Both the position numbers and the translations under genes were made by a program. The notes beneath the pieces are model-generated. The model saw nothing but the letters and a program-made list of their open reading frames with translations. It was not told where the DNA came from and did no database searches. From NCBI GenBank assembly GCA_000437435.1, contig FR899629.1:171572-235571 (forward strand): a stretch of DNA of 64,000 bases, in the 5' to 3' direction. Positions 59,957-64,000 of the stretch are shown one piece after another; position 1 is the stretch's first letter, and every line of letters begins with the position of its first letter. The stretch comes from Clostridium sp. CAG:768 (GTDB taxonomy: Bacteria > Cyanobacteriota > Vampirovibrionia > Gastranaerophilales > Gastranaerophilaceae).

Positions 59957-60460
59957 GTGGGTATGTCATCTATCAGTTCAATCAGTAGTGCTCAAGCTGC
60001 CTCGATGTCAACCTATAAATGCGAAGAACTCAGTTCTTCTACCAAATTAAAACTGGAAGCATTAGGTATTAACCCGACAACTGTAACATCGGAAGCTCAA
60101 GCTCAAAGTTTAATAGCGCAAGCTGAAGCGACAAAACAGCAACAAAATTCAGGACAACAACAAGGAGGAGGTAATTCATCAGAACAAGAACTTCTATCAG
60201 AAGCAAAAACTCTTGCATCCGCAGTTGGAGTAAGCGTTTCATCTAATGACAGTTTAGACGATATTATAGATAATATTTCCGATCAAATTCAGGTTATGCT
60301 GGATTCAGGGGATCAATCTAAAATATCAGCTGCTCAAGGATATCAAGCTCAATTGGCAAGTCTTTCTGATAGAGTAGACTCTGTTCAAAATACACAACAA
60401 AATATTTTTAACGCAATGGATATGGTGTCTATAAGCAACAAATACGCTTTAGGATTATAG
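59957..60460 (+). CDS. Hypothetical Ser/Gln-rich protein
   Basis: ORF of 167 aa. Confidence 0.35.
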   Translation: MGMSSISSISSAQAASMSTYKCEELSSSTKLKLEALGINPTTVTSEAQAQSLIAQAEATKQQQNSGQQQGGGNSSEQELLSEAKTLASAVGVSVSSNDSLDDIIDNISDQIQVMLDSGDQSKISAAQGYQAQLASLSDRVDSVQNTQQNIFNAMDMVSISNKYALGL

Positions 60461-60492
60461 AAGAAAAATTTTCTAAAAATAACAATTATTGG

Positions 60493-60527
60493 AAGGCTTT
60501 CATAAAACTATGAAAGCCTTTTTGAAT
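60493..60527 (+). terminator. Bidirectional terminator
   Basis: AAGGCTTTCATA-AAAC-TATGAAAGCCTT 12-bp stem followed by TTTG. Confidence 0.65.
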
Positions 60528-60534
60528 ATTTTTA

Positions 60535-61282
60535 TTATTCCTTCCATTCATCAGCCCAATTAGGATAAGAATGATGTAAATAATCTACATTTTGATATTT
60601 TTGTATCCATTCAGAACATCTAAATCCATTCCGTCCAGAACCATTACCTTTTATATCACAACTACTGGCACCTAAATCCTTAACATTCCGAAGTGTACCA
60701 GTATTACTTATATAAAACTTAAACACATCATATCCTAAAGCATTAGGTCTTTGGGCACCATTAAAATCAACAGATAAAGTAAATCTATCTTCCCAACCAT
60801 CATCTCGACCATTTGGCATATTTAAACAAAATATCATACCGTTTTCAAGAATTCCGACTTGAGAATAAGTCCCACATACCTCTGCAGATTCTGTCTTTTT
60901 ATCCAAAGCATAAAATTTATATGGAACACAATCTTTATATGTTCCATATGGGATACACATTTTTAATAACTTAAAATATTGAGCATAAAAATCTTGATCT
61001 AAATGACGGAAATCATTCCAAGGACCAAATAAATTAGTTAATTGACCACCATTATCATTTGCCATTTGTGTAAAACCATTTGAAAAAATAGATACAGCTG
61101 CATTAAACTGTGAAAGAATCTGTCTATCCCTATAATGATTAATCAAACTTGGTAAAGTCATTGCTGCGACTATACCGATTATTCCTAATGTTATCAATAC
61201 CTCTGAAAGCGTAAACCCTAGTGTAGAGAGCCTTAAATTGCCCCCCCCCCCTGAAGTTTCCATATAATTTAATCTTTTCCAT
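60535..61282 (-). CDS. Prepilin-like protein, paralog 3 (tandem with paralog 4); the 11-G tract is in frame with a second ATG (61263) but out of frame with the RBS-proximal ATG (61282)
   Basis: RBS AAAGGAG, ATG, leader MEKIKLYGNF, G-tract, then NLRLSTLG|FTLSEVLITLGIIGIVAAMTLPSLIN. Confidence 0.6.
61241..61251 (-). repeat. Poly-G (minus-strand) tract of 11 nt in the pilin-3 leader
   Basis: gccccccccccct read directly. Confidence 0.8.
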
Positions 61283-61313
61283 CCACTGCTCCTTTCATAT
61301 TTATCCTTTAGAG

Positions 61314-61342
61314 ATTATACAATATTTTTCAAAACCTTACAA
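61314..61342 (-). promoter_or_regulatory. Sigma70-like promoter for pilin gene 3 (-35 TTGTAA, 17 nt, -10 TATAAT) inside a duplicated acetyltransferase 3' fragment
   Basis: The same elements with the same spacing occur upstream of pilin 4. Confidence 0.35.
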
Positions 61343-61387
61343 GGGTTACCAATTGCTACAACATTTGAGTGAATATCTTTTGTAACC
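61315..61387 (-). repeat. Non-functional duplicate of the 3' end of the acetyltransferase gene; it encodes ...VVAIGNPCKVLKNIV* and is a duplication scar that carries the pilin promoter
   Basis: Near-identical to 62196–62268. Confidence 0.7.
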
Positions 61388-61429
61388 TCAATATATTAAT
61401 ACAAAATCGTTGTATAAAAATTTTACATT

Positions 61430-62163
61430 TTAATAATGCTCACCTGATGTCCAATTAAGTTTCTCATAATGCAAATAATCAACATTTTGAAATTTTTGTA
61501 TCCACTCTGCACATTTATATCCATTATAAGGATTGCCTTTAAATCTTAATTCACAAACTCCTCCATCAGGAGCTTTTCTAGGATGAACTATTCCTGCATC
61601 CGTAATAAAAAACTTAAAAACATCATATCCCATAGTGTTAGGGCCTTTTGCGCCATTTAAATCTACAGATAATGTAAATTCATCCCCAACTCCAGGCATA
61701 CCTAAACAAAAAATCATACCATTTTCAAGAATTCCAACTTGCGTCCAAATACCACAAACATCATTATACGTTTCTGTTTTTTTATCTAGAGCATAAAATG
61801 TATAAGGAACACAATCCTTATACGAACCATATGGGATACACATTTTTAACAATTTAAAATATTGTGCATAAAAATCTTGACCTAAATGACGAAAATCATT
61901 CCAAGGACCATATAAATTTCTTAAATCCCCACCATTATCATTTGCCATTTGAGTAAATGCATTTGAAAATAATGATACTGCATGATTGAACTGTGAAAGA
62001 ATTTGCCGATCTCTATAATGATTAATCAAACTTGGTAAAGTCATTGCTGCGACTATACCGATTATTCCTAATGTTATCAATACCTCTGAAAGCGTAAACC
62101 CTAGTGTAGAAAGCCTTAAATTGCCCCCCCCCCGAGTTTTGCAAGTAATTTAATCTTTTTCAT
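61430..62163 (-). CDS. Prepilin-like protein, paralog 4; out of frame at the 10-G tract in the leader as assembled
   Basis: RBS AAAGGAG, ATG at 62163, leader MKKIKLLAKL, G-tract. With 11 G it continues ...GGGGNLRLSTLG|FTLSEVLITLGIIGIVAAMTLP. The ORF track sees only the internal Met. Confidence 0.6.
62124..62133 (-). repeat. Poly-G (minus-strand) tract of 10 nt in the pilin-4 leader
   Basis: tgccccccccccga read directly. Confidence 0.8.
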
Positions 62164-62194
62164 CTAATGCTCCTTTCACATATATACTTTACTG

Positions 62195-62223
62195 ATTATA
62201 CAATATTTTTCAAAACCTTACAA
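62195..62223 (-). promoter_or_regulatory. Sigma70-like promoter for pilin gene 4 (-35 TTGTAA, 17 nt, -10 TATAAT) lying inside the last codons of the acetyltransferase gene
   Basis: The -10 overlaps the acetyltransferase TAA stop codon and sits about 31 nt before the ATG. Confidence 0.35.
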
Positions 62224-62753
62224 GGGTTACCAACTGCTACAACATTTGATGGAATGTCTTTTGTTACAACACTTCCTGCACCTATCACTACATTATCTCC
62301 GATTGTTACACCAGGCATTACACATACATTTCCCCCAATCCAAACGTTGTTACCGACAGTTATAGGATAAGCATACTCAATTCCTGCATTTCGAGTTTTA
62401 ACATCTAAAGGATGACCTGCTGTATAAAATCCGCAATTTGGGCCAATAAATACATTATCACCAAATTTAACTTTTGCTGGATCTAAAATTACGCAATTGT
62501 GATTGGAATAAAAATTTTCACCAATTTCAATATTATAACCATAATCGCATCTAAAGTCAGGTTCAATTAAAAAATTTTCTCCGGATTTTCCTAATAATTG
62601 CTTTAATACAGATTTTCTTTCTTCCACATTATCAGGAGAAAGGTTATTATATTTATGACATAGACACTTACAATGCATTCTCTCATCTATTAACTCTTTA
62701 TCATAATTTGCATCATACAATTGACCACTTAACATTTTTTCTTTTTCGCTCAT
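62196..62753 (-). CDS. Maltose/galactoside O-acetyltransferase-like hexapeptide-repeat acetyltransferase
   Basis: Left-handed beta-helix hexapeptide repeats (IGDNVFIGPN, IGGNVCVMPGVTIGDNVVIGAGSVV). Confidence 0.8.
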   Translation of the reverse strand: MSEKEKMLSGQLYDANYDKELIDERMHCKCLCHKYNNLSPDNVEERKSVLKQLLGKSGENFLIEPDFRCDYGYNIEIGENFYSNHNCVILDPAKVKFGDNVFIGPNCGFYTAGHPLDVKTRNAGIEYAYPITVGNNVWIGGNVCVMPGVTIGDNVVIGAGSVVTKDIPSNVVAVGNPCKVLKNIV

Positions 62754-62874
62754 AATATTCTCTCCTTATTTGCAAAAAATAATATCACAAAAAATACCCT
62801 AACGAGTAATGCCATTTATTCATCAACAAAACACAATAATATGAAACCCAATCAGAAAACAAGTCAGGATAACA

Positions 62875-64000
62875 ATGTTAAAAAAAATTTTTATAACTCT
62901 AATCTTTTTACTAATTACAACAAACATCACCAACAGTGAAGAATTGATTAAACAACAAGGCAAAATTCCTGATTATTCATACATTTATTTAGGACCTGAT
63001 AAGTATGAAAAATTTAACAGAAAAGTTTTTGCATTTAACCTCGGATTAAACAAATATGCAATAAGACCAGTACATATTCTATGGTGTTCTATTTTACCTG
63101 AATACGGGATCGAAAGAATTCAAAGTGCATATCAAAACATAGAATACCCAAAAAGATTAGTTAGCAGCCTTATCCAAAAAGATTTTAAAACGACAAAAAG
63201 TGAAACTGCAAGATTTTTTACAAACACAACACTTGGATTAGGGGGAATGTTTGACCCAGCGAAAAAGATTTTTAAAATCGATCCAATAAATGAGGATATG
63301 GAACAAGCTCTTACAAAATGCAAATGTAATTCTGGCTCCTATCTTGTTCTCCCTGTAATGAATGGCACAACTGCAAGAGGGATTGCAGGGAAAATTCTTG
63401 ACACTTCACTAAACCCGACAACATACGTAGGGACTCCTGTATTAGCTATGGTAAAAGCAGGTTTAACAGTCAACAGAACAAGCAAAATGCAACCTCTTAT
63501 CAAAATGGTAGAATCGACATATGCTGACCCTTATGATATCGCAAAAAAAATGTATGGCGTTGAAAATCACATTAAATCAAATAACTTTGATAGAAAAGAA
63601 ATTTTAACAAAAGGATTTGAAACCGCACAAGAAGAAATTGCCAATAATAAAATTAATAATAATGAAAGTACTCTTGATATAAAAGAGCAAAATAAAAACG
63701 AAATAAATAACGAAGAAAAGCTGACTGTTGCAGAAATTTTAAAAGGCGGAACAAATATTGATAATATTATATTGAAAAGTTATAACCTTGAAAATTCTCA
63801 ACTTATGGCAGATATGCTCTTATTTGACTACAATCCTCAAAATCCAGTAGTTGATTCTATGAGGACTGCCTTATTTGATATTCCTGAGAAAGACAAATCC
63901 ATTTGGAATGAAATGTCGATTTGGAACAGATGTTTTACCAAACAAATAAAAACATCATCTGTGAATATTACTCCTGAAAAAGAAAATTATAAATTCAAAT
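62875..64000 (+). CDS. mlaA: MlaA/VacJ-family outer-membrane lipoprotein, partial; it runs off the window end and is absent from the ORF track because there is no stop
   Basis: The frame is open from the ATG at 62875 to nt 64000. Lipoprotein-like signal peptide. FNRKVFAFNLGLNKYAIRPV...YGIERIQSAYQNIEYP and ARFFTNTTLGLGGMFDPA are MlaA signature blocks. Confidence 0.7.
   Translation, partial: MLKKIFITLIFLLITTNITNSEELIKQQGKIPDYSYIYLGPDKYEKFNRKVFAFNLGLNKYAIRPVHILWCSILPEYGIERIQSAYQNIEYPKRLVSSLIQKDFKTTKSETARFFTNTTLGLGGMFDPAKKIFKIDPINEDMEQALTKCKCNSGSYLVLPVMNGTTARGIAGKILDTSLNPTTYVGTPVLAMVKAGLTVNRTSKMQPLIKMVESTYADPYDIAKKMYGVENHIKSNNFDRKEILTKGFETAQEEIANNKINNNESTLDIKEQNKNEINNEEKLTVAEILKGGTNIDNIILKSYNLENSQLMADMLLFDYNPQNPVVDSMRTALFDIPEKDKSIWNEMSIWNRCFTKQIKTSSVNITPEKENYKFK

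Noticed and set aside
1-64000. CRISPR arrays, transposases/IS elements, integrases and prophage genes
   Set aside because: I found no regularly spaced direct repeats and no transposase-, integrase- or phage-like ORFs. The only notable repeats are the pilin paralogs and the duplicated acetyltransferase fragment.

Overview
This is an AT-rich (roughly 30% GC) chromosomal segment that is mostly housekeeping genes. The recognisable ones are a gcvPA C-terminal fragment, tRNA-Val and tRNA-Cys, adhE, a kdsC–TPR–lysC operon, nadA, a SpoU-type methyltransferase, rpoD, ispH–rpsA, fba, ftsZ, nadK, sepF–yggS, mutL, a type-Ibeta DAHP synthase, queH, a VKOR–DsbA fusion, a LysM amidase, upp, punA, plsY, a maltose-type acetyltransferase and mlaA. 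Three things point to a Gram-negative (diderm) cell: LPS-related genes (kdsC, a GT9-like transferase), the Mla genes (mlaA, an MCE/MlaD-like protein), and a VKOR–DsbA periplasmic oxidase. Cell division looks cyanobacteria-like, with ftsZ but no ftsA and a sepF–yggS pair, and rpsA is short. That is compatible with a Melainabacteria/Vampirovibrionia-like anaerobe, but this is inference only.

The most unusual content is a dispersed type IV pilus/competence gene set. It comprises a pilM–pilN fusion plus pilO, comFC, and four prepilin-like genes at three loci. Each prepilin-like gene has the same start architecture: a sigma70-type -10 TATAAT, an AAAGGAG ribosome-binding site, a 10–11 codon leader, a 10–11 nt poly-G tract inside the leader coding sequence, and then the prepilin cleavage motif (G/A)-FTL(A/S)EV. 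As assembled, every tract is out of frame with the ATG nearest the ribosome-binding site. This looks like slipped-strand phase variation, or it could be homopolymer miscalls. Two of the pilin genes are tandem paralogs; the duplication carried a 3' fragment of the upstream acetyltransferase gene, and that fragment holds the pilin promoter.

Other candidates are a seven-gene envelope operon (secreted Gly-zipper protein, VWA, FHA polytopic protein, three TonB_C-like proteins, two mini-TM peptides), a radical-SAM protein with a Cys-rich C-terminus beside comFC and an orphan histidine kinase, an mTERF-like repeat protein, an orphan DNA methyltransferase, and several large hypothetical proteins.
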